A stretch of DNA of 64,000 bases from an uncultured Pelagibacteraceae bacterium (GTDB lineage: Bacteria; Pseudomonadota; Alphaproteobacteria; Pelagibacterales; Pelagibacteraceae): positions 5,183 to 69,182 of the forward strand of contig CACKXH010000002.1 in assembly GCA_902604005.1 (NCBI GenBank), read 5' to 3'. Position 1 is the first letter of the stretch. The number at the start of each line of letters is the position of its first letter. Below, one piece after another: positions 10,691-22,614 of the stretch. The notes below the pieces were generated by a model. The model worked only from the letters and a program-made list of their open reading frames with translations, was not told the origin of the DNA and did no database searches. A program made the translations under genes and the position numbers.

Positions 10691-11845
10691 ATGTCGTCTA
10701 ATATAAATGTTTTACAAGTAATACCAAGATTAGGCTATGGAGGAGCTGAAACTGGCTGTTACGATATTGCTCATTATTTGCCGGAAAATAATTGTAAATC
10801 CTTCATTGTAACTAGTGGAGGAGAACTTACTAAATTTATAGACAAAAAAAAAGTAAGATTAATTAAGTTGCCTGTGCATAGTAAAAATCCTTTATTAATT
10901 TTTGTAAATGCAATTATTTTAGTTGGAATAATTCTTTTTTTTAATATTTCAATAGTTCATGCGCGAAGCCGAGCCCCAGCTTGGTCATGTCTATTAGCAA
11001 CAAAATTAACAAGAAGAAAATTTGTTACAACATTTCATGGCACTTATAATTTTAGTGGAAAGCTAAAAAAATTTTATAATTCAGTTATGGTAAGATCTGA
11101 TTTGGTTATTGCAGGATCAAATTTTATATTTTCGCATGTCAAAGAAAATTATTCACAGTTTTTAAATCATAAAAAAAAATTCCTCGTAATTTTTAGAGGA
11201 ATAAATGTAGATTATTTTGACTCATCTACAAAATTAGAAAATGAAGAAAAAAAACTACTACAAAAATGGGAAATAAATAAAGAAAAAAAAATTATCTTAA
11301 TGCCAGGGCGACTTACTTCTTGGAAAGGACAAGAATTATTTATTGAAGCAATTAATCTTGTAAAAAAAGAATTAGGCTATGAGGCCTTTCATGTAGTAAT
11401 TCTTGGAAGTGATCAAGGGAGGGATTTATTTAAAAAGAAATTAATACGTTTGACTGAACAATATCGATTAACCAACCAAATTAAATTTATAGATCATTGT
11501 AAAGATATGTCTTTAGCATATAAAGTCTCAGACATTATAGTTTCAGCTTCAATAGAGCCTGAAGCATTCGGAAGAGTTGCTGTCGAAGCACAGTCTATGG
11601 AAAAGCTGATTATTGCAAGTAATATTGGTGGATCTAATGAAACAATAATAAACGGAAAAACTGGTATTTTATTTGAATCAGGAGATGCAAATTCCTTAGG
11701 TAAAAAAATAATTCAAGCATTAACAATGGACGAAACATCTATTAAATTAATAGGTAAAGATGGGAGAAAAAACGTAATAAAAAAATTTAATGTTGAAAAA
11801 ATGTGTTTTTCTACTTATTCAGAGTATAAAAGATTACTAAATTAA
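10691..11845 (+). CDS. Glycosyltransferase family 4 (GT-B)
   Basis: GGAETG, HARSRAPAW, GRLTSWKGQ, EPEAFGRVAVEAQ. Confidence 0.93.
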   Translation: MSSNINVLQVIPRLGYGGAETGCYDIAHYLPENNCKSFIVTSGGELTKFIDKKKVRLIKLPVHSKNPLLIFVNAIILVGIILFFNISIVHARSRAPAWSCLLATKLTRRKFVTTFHGTYNFSGKLKKFYNSVMVRSDLVIAGSNFIFSHVKENYSQFLNHKKKFLVIFRGINVDYFDSSTKLENEEKKLLQKWEINKEKKIILMPGRLTSWKGQELFIEAINLVKKELGYEAFHVVILGSDQGRDLFKKKLIRLTEQYRLTNQIKFIDHCKDMSLAYKVSDIIVSASIEPEAFGRVAVEAQSMEKLIIASNIGGSNETIINGKTGILFESGDANSLGKKIIQALTMDETSIKLIGKDGRKNVIKKFNVEKMCFSTYSEYKRLLN

Positions 11846-13762
11846 ATGCCTATAATTACATTACCAGATGGAAAGAACTTAGATTTTTCTAAAAAAGTTA
11901 CAGGATTAGAAGTAGCAGAAAAAATCAGCAAGTCGTTAGCTAAAGAAGCTATGATAATAAGTGTTGATGGTGAACTGAAAGATTTAAATTTTTTGATAGA
12001 AAAAAATTGTGCTGTAAAAATATTTACATCAAAAAATAATGAAGGCCTTGAAACAATTAGGCATGATACAGCTCATATTTTGGCTATGGCTGTTCAAGAA
12101 TTATTTCCTAAAACTCAAGTTACAATAGGTCCAGTAATAGAAGATGGTTTTTATTATGACTTTGCAAGAAAAGAACCATTCACTGAAGAGGATTTAAAAA
12201 AAATTGAAGATAAGATGAAAGAAATAGTTGATCGTAATGAAAAAACAACAAGAGAGGTCTGGGATAGAGACAAAGCCATAAAACATTTTAGAAAGAGAGG
12301 GGAAATTTATAAAGCTGAATTGATTGAAAGTATTCCAAAAGGCGAAGAAGTGTCTATTTATTTTCATGGTGATTGGCATGATTTATGTAAAGGACCACAT
12401 TTATCCTCCACTGGAAAAATTGGAAAATTTTTTAAGCTTACGAAAGTTTCAGGAGCCTACTGGCGTGGAGACTCAAATAACGAAATGCTTCAAAGAATTT
12501 ATGGAACAAGTTGGGCCAGTCAAAAAGATTTGGACTCTTATTTAATAAGAATTGAAGAAGCTGAAAAAAGAGATCATAGAAAACTAGGTAAAGAAATGAA
12601 CTTATTCCATTTTAGGGAAGAAAGTCCAGGATCTGTTTTTTGGCACGAGAAAGGTTGGGCATTATTTCAAAAATTAATTGATTATATGAGAATGAAACAG
12701 GACATAGCTGGTTATAAAGAGATAAATACTCCTGAAGTTTTAGACAGAAGCATGTGGGAAAAATCTGGTCATTGGGAAAAATTTGGTGCAAACATGTATA
12801 CCTCAACTACACCAGACGATAAGGTTTTTGCAATTAAACCTATGAATTGTCCTGGTTGTATCGAAGTTTTTAATCAAGGTCTTAAGAGCTATAAAGATTT
12901 GCCATTAAAAATGTCTGAATTTGGAAAAGTACATCGCTACGAGCCATCAGGTGCACTTCATGGTTTGTTGAGAGTAAGAGCATTCACACAAGATGATGCT
13001 CATATATTTTGTACTGAAGATCAAATTACTAACGAATGTTTAACAGTAACAAATCTTATTTTAGAAATTTATAAAGATTTAGGTTTTGAAAATGTAATTT
13101 TAAAATATTCTGATAGACCAGATCTAAGAGTTGGAGATGATGCAGTATGGGATAAAGCGGAAACTGCTTTATTGAAGGCAGTTAAAGAAACTAAATTAGA
13201 ATATAGTATTAATAAAGGTGAAGGTGCATTTTATGGACCGAAGATTGAATTTGTTTTAAGAGATGCCATAGGAAGGGATTGGCAATGTGGTACTTTGCAA
13301 GTTGATTTTAATTTACCAGGAAGATTAGGGGCTACTTATGTTGACAAAGATGGTTCAAAAAAGATCCCTGTAATGTTACATAGAGCATTATTTGGATCTT
13401 TAGAGAGATTTATTGGTATTTTAATTGAAAATTATGCAGGTAAATTTCCATTTTGGATTTCTCCTTTACAGACTGTGGTTATACCTATTTCAGAGGATTT
13501 TGAGGATTATGCAACCAAGGTATCTCAAAAGATTAAAGAAGCAGGAATAAGTTCAATGGTTGATTTAAAAAGTCAAAATTTAAATTATAAAATTAGAGAT
13601 CATTCTTTAGCAAAAGTACCAATTTTATTAATTTGTGGTAAAAAAGAAGTTGACTCTAACTCTGTAACTATTAGAAGATTGGATTCTAATAAACAAGAAA
13701 ATATGAAATTAAATTTATTTTTAAAAACATTCTCTGCTTTAAATAAAGCATCATCTAAATAA
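11846..13762 (+). CDS. thrS: Threonine--tRNA ligase
   Basis: TGS domain, HDTAH editing motif, RDHRKLG, KPMNCP, HRALFGSLERF. Confidence 0.98.
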   Translation: MPIITLPDGKNLDFSKKVTGLEVAEKISKSLAKEAMIISVDGELKDLNFLIEKNCAVKIFTSKNNEGLETIRHDTAHILAMAVQELFPKTQVTIGPVIEDGFYYDFARKEPFTEEDLKKIEDKMKEIVDRNEKTTREVWDRDKAIKHFRKRGEIYKAELIESIPKGEEVSIYFHGDWHDLCKGPHLSSTGKIGKFFKLTKVSGAYWRGDSNNEMLQRIYGTSWASQKDLDSYLIRIEEAEKRDHRKLGKEMNLFHFREESPGSVFWHEKGWALFQKLIDYMRMKQDIAGYKEINTPEVLDRSMWEKSGHWEKFGANMYTSTTPDDKVFAIKPMNCPGCIEVFNQGLKSYKDLPLKMSEFGKVHRYEPSGALHGLLRVRAFTQDDAHIFCTEDQITNECLTVTNLILEIYKDLGFENVILKYSDRPDLRVGDDAVWDKAETALLKAVKETKLEYSINKGEGAFYGPKIEFVLRDAIGRDWQCGTLQVDFNLPGRLGATYVDKDGSKKIPVMLHRALFGSLERFIGILIENYAGKFPFWISPLQTVVIPISEDFEDYATKVSQKIKEAGISSMVDLKSQNLNYKIRDHSLAKVPILLICGKKEVDSNSVTIRRLDSNKQENMKLNLFLKTFSALNKASSK

Positions 13763-14308
13763 GTGGCAGACTTCAAACAAAATTATTTTCAAAGAAGAAC
13801 AAAAGACAGAGGTCCAAGATCTAATAATAGAATTTCATCACCAGAGGTACAAGTCATAACTAGCGATGGTGAAAATCTTGGCATCATCAGTACTAATGAG
13901 GCGATATCAAAAGCAAAAAATCAAGGATTGGATCTAATAGAAATAGCACCAAATGCTAATCCACCAGTTTGTAAAATAATGGACATGGGAAAGTATAAGT
14001 ATGATGCTCAGAAAAAAGCGAACTTAGCAAAAAAAAAACAAAAGATCATACTTCTCAAAGAAATTAAAATGAGACCAGTTACAGAAACACATGATTATGA
14101 ATTTAAAGTTAAAAATGCTAAAAAATTTATTGCCAAGGGTGATAAAGTTAAATTCACAATAAGATTTAAAGGTCGTGAACTTCAACATTCACACTTAGGA
14201 AATGAGCTAATGAGCAAAATAAAAGAAGATATGAAAGATATTGGCAAGGTAGAATTGCACCCTAAATTTGATGGCAAACAAATGATAATGGTAATTCAGC
14301 CTTTATAG
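13763..14308 (+). CDS. infC: Translation initiation factor IF-3 (GTG start)
   Basis: LDLIEIAPNANPPVCKIMD, KEIKMRP, RFKGRE; follows thrS. Confidence 0.96.
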   Translation: MADFKQNYFQRRTKDRGPRSNNRISSPEVQVITSDGENLGIISTNEAISKAKNQGLDLIEIAPNANPPVCKIMDMGKYKYDAQKKANLAKKKQKIILLKEIKMRPVTETHDYEFKVKNAKKFIAKGDKVKFTIRFKGRELQHSHLGNELMSKIKEDMKDIGKVELHPKFDGKQMIMVIQPL

Positions 14309-14321
14309 ACTTATATAAATC

Positions 14322-14350
14322 TTGTAAATTCATAACAATGTTTGTATAAC
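14322..14350 (+). promoter_or_regulatory. Sigma70-like promoter for rpmI-rplT
   Basis: TTGTAA (14322-14327), 17 bp spacer, TATAAC (14345-14350), ending 11 bp before the rpmI ATG. Confidence 0.6.
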
Positions 14351-14361
14351 ACCGCTCAATT

Positions 14362-14568
14362 ATGCCAAAATTAAAAACTAAAAGCTCAGCAAAAAAAAGA
14401 TTTAAAATTTCTGCTAAAGGCAAAGTTATATCAGCTCAAGCTGGAAAAAGACATGGTATGATAAAAAGAACGAATTCTCAAATTAGAAAATTAAGAGGCA
14501 CTACAACATTATCAAAACAAGATGGAAAAATAGTGAAATCGTATATGCCTTATAGTTTAAGAGGTTAA
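14362..14568 (+). CDS. rpmI: 50S ribosomal protein L35
   Basis: [14 protein letters not shown]. Confidence 0.98.
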   Translation: MPKLKTKSSAKKRFKISAKGKVISAQAGKRHGMIKRTNSQIRKLRGTTTLSKQDGKIVKSYMPYSLRG

Positions 14569-14569
14569 T

Positions 14570-14926
14570 ATGGCTAGAGTCAAAAGAGGTGTAACAGGCA
14601 AAGCAAAACATAAAAAGGTTTTGAAAGCTGTTAAAGGTCAATGGGGAAGAAGAAAAAATACCATTAGAGTAGCTAAGCAAGCTATGGAAAAAGCCATGCA
14701 GTATGCTTATCGAGATCGTAGAAATAAAAAAAGAGATTTTAAATCCTTGTGGATACAAAGAATAAATGCGGGTGTAAGAGCAGAGGGTCTTACATATTCT
14801 AAGTTTATAAATGGGTTAAATAAATGCGGAATTAAAATTGATAGAAAAATTCTAGCAGAAATAGCGTACGATAGTCCAGAAGCCTTCAAAACTATTGTTC
14901 AAAAAGCACAATCTGCTCTAAATTAA
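14570..14926 (+). CDS. rplT: 50S ribosomal protein L20
   Basis: [30 protein letters not shown]. Confidence 0.98.
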   Translation: MARVKRGVTGKAKHKKVLKAVKGQWGRRKNTIRVAKQAMEKAMQYAYRDRRNKKRDFKSLWIQRINAGVRAEGLTYSKFINGLNKCGIKIDRKILAEIAYDSPEAFKTIVQKAQSALN

Positions 14927-14969
14927 TCTTCCCTATTGTTTTATTTCGCTGAAGAAATAATCTGTAAAG

Positions 14970-16037
14970 ATGTCTGATCTTAAAAAAATAAAAGATGAAT
15001 TTCTGACAAAATTAAAAGGGAAATTAAATCTTTCAGAAATAAATCAAATTAAATCAGATCTATTTGGTAAAAATGGATTAGTTTCATCGCAATTTAAAAA
15101 AATCGGATCTATTGCAGAAAAGGAAAGAAAAAAATTTGCATCAGACTTAAATCTTGTCAAAGACGAACTTCAAGATTTAATTGACTCAAAAATTAATGAA
15201 ATTGAAAAAGTAGAAATAAATAAAAAATTAGATAAAGAAAAAATTGATATAACATTACCCGAGAGACCTTTTGTTAGAGGCAAAATTCATCCCGTTTCCC
15301 AAACTATTGATGAAATATCTTCCATCTTTTCTGAGATCGGATTTAGTGTCGAGGAAGGTCCAGATGTAGAAAATGAATATAATAACTTCACAGCGTTAAA
15401 TACTCCTGACAATCATCCAGCTAGGGATATGCACGATACTTTCTATTTAGATGAAAAAAAACAGAAATTATTACGAACTCACACTTCTCCGGTTCAAATT
15501 AGAACTATGTTGAAAGATAAACCACCTTTTAAAATTATTGCACCTGGAAGAACTTATAGATCAGATAGCGATCAAACACATGCTCCGATGTTTCATCAAG
15601 TTGAAGGTCTACATATAGATAAGAATATTAATATGGGTCACTTAAAAGGATGTTTAAATTATTTTATCAAAGAGTTTTTTGAAGTAGATAAAATAAAAAT
15701 GAGATTTAGACCAAGTCATTTTCCTTTTACTGAGCCGTCCGCTGAAGTTGATATAGGATATGAAATGAAAGATGGAAAAATAAAAATAGGAGAAGGTGAT
15801 CAATGGTTAGAAATTTTAGGATGTGGGATGGTTCATCCAAATGTTTTGAAGAATGTGAAAGTTGATCCAACAAAGTTTCAAGGATACGCATTTGGTATCG
15901 GAATTGATAGATTGGCAATGTTAAAATATGGGATCAGTGACCTAAGAGCATTTTTTGATTGTGATTATAGATGGTTAAATCATTTTGGATTTGATCCTTT
16001 GGATGTGCCAACTAATTACAGAGGCCTTAGTAGATGA
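14970..16037 (+). CDS. pheS: Phenylalanine--tRNA ligase alpha subunit
   Basis: [32 protein letters not shown]. Confidence 0.98.
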   Translation: MSDLKKIKDEFLTKLKGKLNLSEINQIKSDLFGKNGLVSSQFKKIGSIAEKERKKFASDLNLVKDELQDLIDSKINEIEKVEINKKLDKEKIDITLPERPFVRGKIHPVSQTIDEISSIFSEIGFSVEEGPDVENEYNNFTALNTPDNHPARDMHDTFYLDEKKQKLLRTHTSPVQIRTMLKDKPPFKIIAPGRTYRSDSDQTHAPMFHQVEGLHIDKNINMGHLKGCLNYFIKEFFEVDKIKMRFRPSHFPFTEPSAEVDIGYEMKDGKIKIGEGDQWLEILGCGMVHPNVLKNVKVDPTKFQGYAFGIGIDRLAMLKYGISDLRAFFDCDYRWLNHFGFDPLDVPTNYRGLSR

Positions 16038-18439
16038 AAATCACATTTGATTGGCTTAAAGATCATTTAAAGACTAATTTAAAAGAAAAAAATCTTTTAG
16101 ATCAACTTACTAATATAGGATTGGAAGTAGAAAGTGTGGAAAGTCTCTCTGCTGACAATGAATTATTTAAAGTTGCAAAAATTATTAAAGCCGAAAAACA
16201 CCCAAATGCAGATAGACTTAAAGTTTGTGATGTTAACGTTGGAGAGAAAGAATCTAAAAAGGTTGTTTGTGGAGCTGAAAATGCAAGGGATGGATTACTT
16301 ACTATATATGCACCTCCAGGAGCAATTATTCCCAAAACTAAAACAAAATTAGTAACTGCTAAAATCAGAGGTGTTACATCTTATGGAATGCTTTGTTCAG
16401 AGTCAGAATTAAATTTGTCTGAAAAAAGTGATGGAATAACTGAATTATCAACTAAATATGAAAAAAGTATTGGTAAGAGCTATTTTTCAAAATCAAAATC
16501 TAATCTTATTGATTTATCAATAACACCTAATAGACCAGATTGTCTTGGCATAAGAGGAATAGCCAGGGATCTTGCAGCATCAGGTTTTGGAAAGTTATTA
16601 GAATTAAAAGAAAACAAAATTAAATCGAAAAAAAAACAAACTTTAAAAGTCAAAATTAATAAAGAAAAAAACCAAGGATGTAATGCTTTCGGAAGCTGTT
16701 TAATTACGAATGTAAAAAATACGGAAAGTCCTCAATGGCTTAAAGATAAATTGATTTCTATTGGTCAAAAACCAATTTCTGCAATAGTTGATATTACTAA
16801 TTATGTTATGTTTGATATAAATCGTCCGCTACATGCATATGATGCTGATAAAATTGAAAAAGGTATAATTGTTAGAAATTCTAATTCAGGAGAAGAATTT
16901 ACTGCCCTAGATAATAAAAATTATAAATTAGAAAAGGGTATGTGTGTTATAAGTGATCACAAAGGAGTTTTAGGATTAGGTGGAATTATTGGAGGTATTA
17001 GATCAGGCACAGAATTAGGAACTAAAAATATTCTGCTAGAGTCAGCTTATTTTGACCCAAGATCTATAAGAAATACCGCAAAAAAATTAAATCTTGATAC
17101 TGATGCGAAGTTCAGATTTGAGAGAGGTATTGATCCATTATCTATTGAGACAGGCTTAAATAAAGCAGCATTATTGATAAAAGAAATTTGTGGTGGAGAA
17201 ATCAGCAAAACAGATATTCAAAAAACTGAAACTTATAAGAGACAAATTATTAAATTTGAAACTAATTTATTTGAAAAGATATCTGGTTTTAAAATTTCCA
17301 ATAAAGAATTGATTAAAATCTTAGAAAATCTTGGTTTTAAAATTAAAAAAGATAAAAAGAACTTTAAATTAGTTATTCCATCTTGGAGGCCTGATATTTT
17401 ACAAGAAATAGATGTTGTTGAAGAATTAGTAAGAATAAGTGGTTATAATAATATAAAAATTATAGACCCAATTAAACAAAGATCTAAATCCACTTTAACT
17501 CAAAGTCAAAAGTTATTTCATTTTTTACAAAGATCAATTGCTTCAAAAGGGTATTTAGAGGCAATAACATGGTCATTTACAGACTCAAAATATAACAATT
17601 ACTTTAAGGGAGATGAAAAAGAAGTCAGAATAGTGAATCCTATAAGTTCAGAATTAGGAGTTTTAAGAAATTCAATATTTTCAAATTTAATTATGTATAT
17701 GAGTAAAAATCTTGATAGAGGTTTTAAAGACATATCAATATTTGAAATAGGTCCTATCTTTAAAAGTTCTAATCCAGGTGATCAAAGCACTGTAGTTTGT
17801 GGTTTGTCGGCTGGAAAAAAAAATAGATTATCCTGGATTGACAATGAGAGAAATGTTGATGTATTTGATATTAAAAGAGATGTGATTCAAACTTTAGTCG
17901 AGACTGGTTATAATTCAGATAAATTTTTTATAGATAGAAAAACACCTAATTATTATCATCCAGGTAAATCAGGTAGATTGTTTTTAAATAGCGGAAAAGA
18001 TCAAGTGGCTGCTTATTTTGGAGAGATTCACCCTAATATTTTGAAAGTGATAGATATAAAAACAGAGTCCCTTGTAGGATTTGAAATTTTCCCAGATAAC
18101 TTAAAAATACCTAAAAAAACTTTAAATGATCAAAAAACAAAATTTGTAGTTTCAGATTATCAAAAATCTGAAAGAGATTTTGCGTTTATAGTTAACAAAG
18201 ACGTAAGTTCACAAGATTTGATAAATGCTATTTCAGTTGTTGATAATGAATTGATTAGCAATATTAGAGTCTTTGATGTTTATGAGGGAGAAAATATTCC
18301 TGAAAATCAAAAATCAATTGCAATTAGCGTCACGATACAATCATCTGAAAAAACACTTAATGATAATGATTTAGAAATTATTAATAAATCAATCATTGAG
18401 ACAGTTGAAAATAAAACAGGTGCTAAAATTCGATCTTAA
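16034..18439 (+). CDS. pheT: Phenylalanine--tRNA ligase beta subunit
   Basis: [22 protein letters not shown]-terminal anticodon-binding domain (RDFAF...FDVYEG). Confidence 0.97.
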   Translation: MKITFDWLKDHLKTNLKEKNLLDQLTNIGLEVESVESLSADNELFKVAKIIKAEKHPNADRLKVCDVNVGEKESKKVVCGAENARDGLLTIYAPPGAIIPKTKTKLVTAKIRGVTSYGMLCSESELNLSEKSDGITELSTKYEKSIGKSYFSKSKSNLIDLSITPNRPDCLGIRGIARDLAASGFGKLLELKENKIKSKKKQTLKVKINKEKNQGCNAFGSCLITNVKNTESPQWLKDKLISIGQKPISAIVDITNYVMFDINRPLHAYDADKIEKGIIVRNSNSGEEFTALDNKNYKLEKGMCVISDHKGVLGLGGIIGGIRSGTELGTKNILLESAYFDPRSIRNTAKKLNLDTDAKFRFERGIDPLSIETGLNKAALLIKEICGGEISKTDIQKTETYKRQIIKFETNLFEKISGFKISNKELIKILENLGFKIKKDKKNFKLVIPSWRPDILQEIDVVEELVRISGYNNIKIIDPIKQRSKSTLTQSQKLFHFLQRSIASKGYLEAITWSFTDSKYNNYFKGDEKEVRIVNPISSELGVLRNSIFSNLIMYMSKNLDRGFKDISIFEIGPIFKSSNPGDQSTVVCGLSAGKKNRLSWIDNERNVDVFDIKRDVIQTLVETGYNSDKFFIDRKTPNYYHPGKSGRLFLNSGKDQVAAYFGEIHPNILKVIDIKTESLVGFEIFPDNLKIPKKTLNDQKTKFVVSDYQKSERDFAFIVNKDVSSQDLINAISVVDNELISNIRVFDVYEGENIPENQKSIAISVTIQSSEKTLNDNDLEIINKSIIETVENKTGAKIRS

Positions 18440-18448
18440 AAAAAATTA

Positions 18449-20254
18449 ATGAGCACTATCGACAATATAAGAAATTTTGCAATCATAGCCCATATTGATC
18501 ACGGTAAATCAACTATCGCTGATAGAATTATTCATATTTGTGGTGGTTTAACTGAGAGAGAAATGAAAGCACAAGTTTTAGACTCCATGGATATTGAAAG
18601 AGAGAGAGGAATAACAATTAAGGCACAAACTGTGAAGTTAAATTATAAATCTAAAAATGGAAAAAATTATGTTTTGAATATAATAGATACCCCAGGACAT
18701 GTAGATTTTAGCTATGAAGTTAGTAGATCTCTTTATGCATGTGAAGGATCAATATTAATCGTAGATAGCACCCAAGGTGTAGAGGCCCAAACTCTCGCAA
18801 ATGTTTATCAGGCACTAGATATTAATCATGAAATTATTCCAGTATTAAATAAAATAGACTTACCTGCATCAGACTTAGAAAAAACAAATAAACAAATTGA
18901 AGATGTAATTGGTATTGATACAGAAAACTCAGTTCCTTGCTCTGGAAAAACTGGTGAGGGTGTTGAAAATATTTTGGAACAAATAATTGATCGACTCCCT
19001 GGGCCGGAAGGAAATCCCAAAGGAGATTTAAAATGTTTACTTGTCGATAGTTGGTATGATACCTATTTAGGTGTAGTCATTTTGGTCAGAGTTATAGATG
19101 GAAAAATAACAAAAAATATGAAGATCAAAATGCTATCGACAAATCAAGATTATATAGTTGAAAAGGTTGGAGTTTTTACACCTAAAGCGAAAGATATAAA
19201 TGAATTAAGAACTGGTGAAATTGGATTTATTACTACTGGTATTAAGGTTTTATCAGAAACAAAAGTGGGTGATACAATTTGTGACTCATCGAGGCCTAAG
19301 CAAGAACCCTTGCCTGGTTTTAAACCAAGCAAACCAGTCGTTTTTTGTGGATTGTTTCCAGTTGACAGTTCAGAGTATCAAAAATTAAAAGATGGATTAG
19401 CTAAATTGCAATTAAACGATGCTAGTTTTTCATTTGAGGCAGAGTCATCATCTGCTTTAGGCTTGGGTTTTAGATGTGGATTCTTAGGATTACTGCATTT
19501 AGAAATAATCACAGAAAGATTAGAAAGAGAATTTGATGTTAATTTGCTTACAACAACACCTGGGGTTGTTTATAAACTAAATTTGAATAATGGAGATATA
19601 ATTGATTTACAAAATCCATCAAGTCTACCTGACCCAACATTAATAAAATTTATTGAGGAACCATGGATTAAGGCAACAATAATAACTCCAGATCAGTACC
19701 TTGGATCAATAATTAAATTGTGTCAGGATAAAAGAGGAATACAGATTAATTTAAGTTACTCCGGAAACAGAGCTGTTTTAAGTTATGAATTACCTTTGAA
19801 TGAGGTAGTTTTCGATTTTAATGATAGAATAAAGTCAATGACCAGTGGTTATGCAAGTTTTGATTACGAAATAATTGGACATAGAGAGGGCGAACTTGTT
19901 AAATTAGGGATATTGGTTAACTCGGAACCAGTTGATGCTTTGGCTATGATGATACATAAAGATTTTGCTCAAAGAACAGGAAGAGAAGTCTGCGAAAAAC
20001 TAAAAGATTTAATACCGAGACATAATTTTATGATACCAGTGCAAGCAGCTATAGGAGGCAAAATTATAGCTAGAGAAACTATCAAAGGTTTTAAAAAAGA
20101 TGTATTAACAAAAATTCATGGTGGAGGTGCAACTGACAGAAAAAGAAAACTTTTAGAAAAGCAAAAAAAAGGAAAAGCAAGATCCAAACAATTTGGAAGA
20201 GTAGAAATACCTCAAGAGGCTTTTATAGGAGTTTTAAAAATTACAAAGGATTAA
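18449..20254 (+). CDS. lepA: Elongation factor 4
   Basis: [37 protein letters not shown]. Confidence 0.98.
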   Translation: MSTIDNIRNFAIIAHIDHGKSTIADRIIHICGGLTEREMKAQVLDSMDIERERGITIKAQTVKLNYKSKNGKNYVLNIIDTPGHVDFSYEVSRSLYACEGSILIVDSTQGVEAQTLANVYQALDINHEIIPVLNKIDLPASDLEKTNKQIEDVIGIDTENSVPCSGKTGEGVENILEQIIDRLPGPEGNPKGDLKCLLVDSWYDTYLGVVILVRVIDGKITKNMKIKMLSTNQDYIVEKVGVFTPKAKDINELRTGEIGFITTGIKVLSETKVGDTICDSSRPKQEPLPGFKPSKPVVFCGLFPVDSSEYQKLKDGLAKLQLNDASFSFEAESSSALGLGFRCGFLGLLHLEIITERLEREFDVNLLTTTPGVVYKLNLNNGDIIDLQNPSSLPDPTLIKFIEEPWIKATIITPDQYLGSIIKLCQDKRGIQINLSYSGNRAVLSYELPLNEVVFDFNDRIKSMTSGYASFDYEIIGHREGELVKLGILVNSEPVDALAMMIHKDFAQRTGREVCEKLKDLIPRHNFMIPVQAAIGGKIIARETIKGFKKDVLTKIHGGGATDRKRKLLEKQKKGKARSKQFGRVEIPQEAFIGVLKITKD

Positions 20255-20257
20255 TAG

Positions 20258-21073
20258 ATGAAAGTTTACGACTGTTTTTCTTACTGGGATGAAGACCTAT
20301 TATTAGATCTCAGATTAAATTTATTAAATGAATATGTAGACTATTTTGTTATTGTTGAGGGGAATAAAACTTGGCAAAATAATTCAAAAAAATTGCAATT
20401 TTCTTTAAACAAACATAATCAATTTAAAGATAAGATTATTTACATACCAGTTGAAGATATGCCTGGTGGCGATAACCCATATTTGAGAGAAAATTTTCAA
20501 AGAAATGCTATATCTAGAGGACTAGTAGATGCTAATAATGAAGATATTATCATCATCTCTGATTTAGATGAAATACCAAATCCTAATGCTTTCAAATACT
20601 TTAAAAAAAAAATGAAATATGCAGTTTTTAAACAAATGCACTTTTATTATAAACTTAATTTACATAGTCAAATAAATCCTTATTGGTATGGCAGTAGAGT
20701 TTGTCTAAAAAAATTTTTAAAATCACCTCAATGGTTAAGAGATCTAAAATTTAAGAAAAGACCATTTTGGAGAATTGATAAGATAAGATTAAATAATATC
20801 ATTGAAAATGGAGGTTGGCATTTTTGCAATTTAAAAGAACCAGAACAATTATTGCATAAATATAAAAATTTATGTGAAACAAATGATCCATATGTATTTA
20901 AAGAAAAAATTGATGAAAAATATTTAGATTTAGATGAAATTAAAAGTAGAGTAAATAAAGGAAAGGATATTATAGGAAGGGAAGAAAGCTATAAAGCCAT
21001 AGACATGGATGACAGGTTTCCAAATTTTATTATTAAAAATCGTGATAAATATAAAAAATGGATTATTGAATAA
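20258..21073 (+). CDS. Glycosyltransferase family 17-like protein
   Basis: KVYDCF...E.DLL..RL..L...VDYFVIVE, RENFQRN, SDLDEIP, GGWHF. Confidence 0.85.
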   Translation: MKVYDCFSYWDEDLLLDLRLNLLNEYVDYFVIVEGNKTWQNNSKKLQFSLNKHNQFKDKIIYIPVEDMPGGDNPYLRENFQRNAISRGLVDANNEDIIIISDLDEIPNPNAFKYFKKKMKYAVFKQMHFYYKLNLHSQINPYWYGSRVCLKKFLKSPQWLRDLKFKKRPFWRIDKIRLNNIIENGGWHFCNLKEPEQLLHKYKNLCETNDPYVFKEKIDEKYLDLDEIKSRVNKGKDIIGREESYKAIDMDDRFPNFIIKNRDKYKKWIIE

Positions 21074-21802
21074 ATGAAAAAATTAAAAAAAAAAATTGTT
21101 ATAACAGGTGGTTCAGGAAGATTTGGAACTTATATAAAAAAATTTAAAAGTAATTATGATATTTTCTTTCCTTCCAAAAGGCAGTTGAACATTCTTAATG
21201 AGAAGAATATTAAAAATTATTTAAAAAGAGTTAAACCACAAATATTGATCCATCTAGCTGGTTTATCCAGGCCAATGAATATTCATGAGATTGATATAAA
21301 AAAAAGTATTGATCTAAATATAATTGGAACGGCCAATATAACTAAACTTTGCTCAGAAAATAAAATAAAGCTTATATATATTTCAACTAATTATGTTTAT
21401 CCTGGAACAATAGGAAACTACAAAGAAAATGATCCATTAAAGCCAGTAAATAATTATGCATGGTCTAAATTAGGTGGAGAGGCATCTGTACAACTTTATA
21501 AAAATTCCTTAATTCTAAGAGTTTGCATGACAGAAAAACCATTTGTTCATAAAAAAGCTTTTGTAAATGTTAAAACAAGCTTCATTTATCATGAAGATGT
21601 TGTAAAAATTTTATTTAAATTGCTCGATAGAAAAGGAATAATTAATGTCGGTGGCAGAAGTCAAAATATATATAATTTTGCAAAAAAAGATAACAAAAAT
21701 ATCAAAAAAATTTACATGAGGAAAAACTCTAATATAAAAATGCCAATAGATAGCTCTTTAAATTTAACAAAATTAAAAAAGTATTTAAACAAAAATTTTT
21801 AA
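21074..21802 (+). CDS. RmlD-like NAD(P)-dependent sugar-nucleotide reductase (extended SDR)
   Basis: ITGGSGRFG Rossmann motif, YISTNYVY, PVNNYAWSK (YxxxK). Confidence 0.85.
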   Translation: MKKLKKKIVITGGSGRFGTYIKKFKSNYDIFFPSKRQLNILNEKNIKNYLKRVKPQILIHLAGLSRPMNIHEIDIKKSIDLNIIGTANITKLCSENKIKLIYISTNYVYPGTIGNYKENDPLKPVNNYAWSKLGGEASVQLYKNSLILRVCMTEKPFVHKKAFVNVKTSFIYHEDVVKILFKLLDRKGIINVGGRSQNIYNFAKKDNKNIKKIYMRKNSNIKMPIDSSLNLTKLKKYLNKNF

Positions 21803-21813
21803 TTAATATTTAG

Positions 21814-22614
21814 ATGAAAAAATTAAAAATTTTTTGCGTAACAAACAAAAAGTTGGATTACTTAGAAAATTTAGATTTAAATTTAGTTGGTGTTGGAAAA
21901 TCTAATTTTAATAATAAATATTTATCTTGTAAGAAGGGAAAGAATATCCAGCATAAAGAAAAAAATTACTCAGAATTAACATTTCATTACTGGTTTTGGA
22001 AAAATAAACTTAAAAAGATGGATAAAAATTTGTGGATTGGTTTTTGTCAAAAAAGAAGGTTTTGGATAAAAACTAAAAGAAAAATATCAAATTTTTCAGA
22101 TCTTAAAAAAAATATTCTAAAAGAACCTCAAAAAAAATGGAAAAATTATGAGAGTATTATTTGTCAGCAAATAAAGGTTGATAATCCAAAAAAAATGAAA
22201 CTGCTTAAAAGAGGATGGAAGAATGTTATTAAAGACCCATCATTGATATTTGAAAAAAAAAAACAAAATATATTATTACACTTTGATATGCACCATGGGT
22301 ATGGTGTTTTATCAAGAGCAATTGATGAATTAGAAAAAAAAGACAGGGAGAGTTTTAGAAAATTTGTAACCAAAAAAAATAGTTTTAACCCACATATAAT
22401 GTTCATTTCAAAAAAAAATATTATTGATAGATGGTTTAAAGATTTATTTAAATGGCTTTTTCGTTGTGAGAAAGTTTTTGGATTAAAAAATCTTAAAGGA
22501 TACGATCAGCAAAGATTATATGCGTATTTAGCAGAAAGATATTTGTCATTTTGGTTCAGAAATTACACCAAATACCTAGAATGGCCTTGGAGCTTTTATG
22601 AGAAAAAAAAATGA
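21814..22614 (+). CDS. DUF4422-like putative glycosyltransferase
   Basis: NIQHKEKNYSELTFHYWFWKN, WIGFCQKRR, RLYAYLAERYL. Confidence 0.75.
   Translation: MKKLKIFCVTNKKLDYLENLDLNLVGVGKSNFNNKYLSCKKGKNIQHKEKNYSELTFHYWFWKNKLKKMDKNLWIGFCQKRRFWIKTKRKISNFSDLKKNILKEPQKKWKNYESIICQQIKVDNPKKMKLLKRGWKNVIKDPSLIFEKKKQNILLHFDMHHGYGVLSRAIDELEKKDRESFRKFVTKKNSFNPHIMFISKKNIIDRWFKDLFKWLFRCEKVFGLKNLKGYDQQRLYAYLAERYLSFWFRNYTKYLEWPWSFYEKKK

Noticed and set aside
10691-14308. GT4, thrS and infC abut in one frame, suggesting readthrough fusion
   Set aside because: All end in TAA and each is a complete standalone protein; zero-gap packing is common in this window
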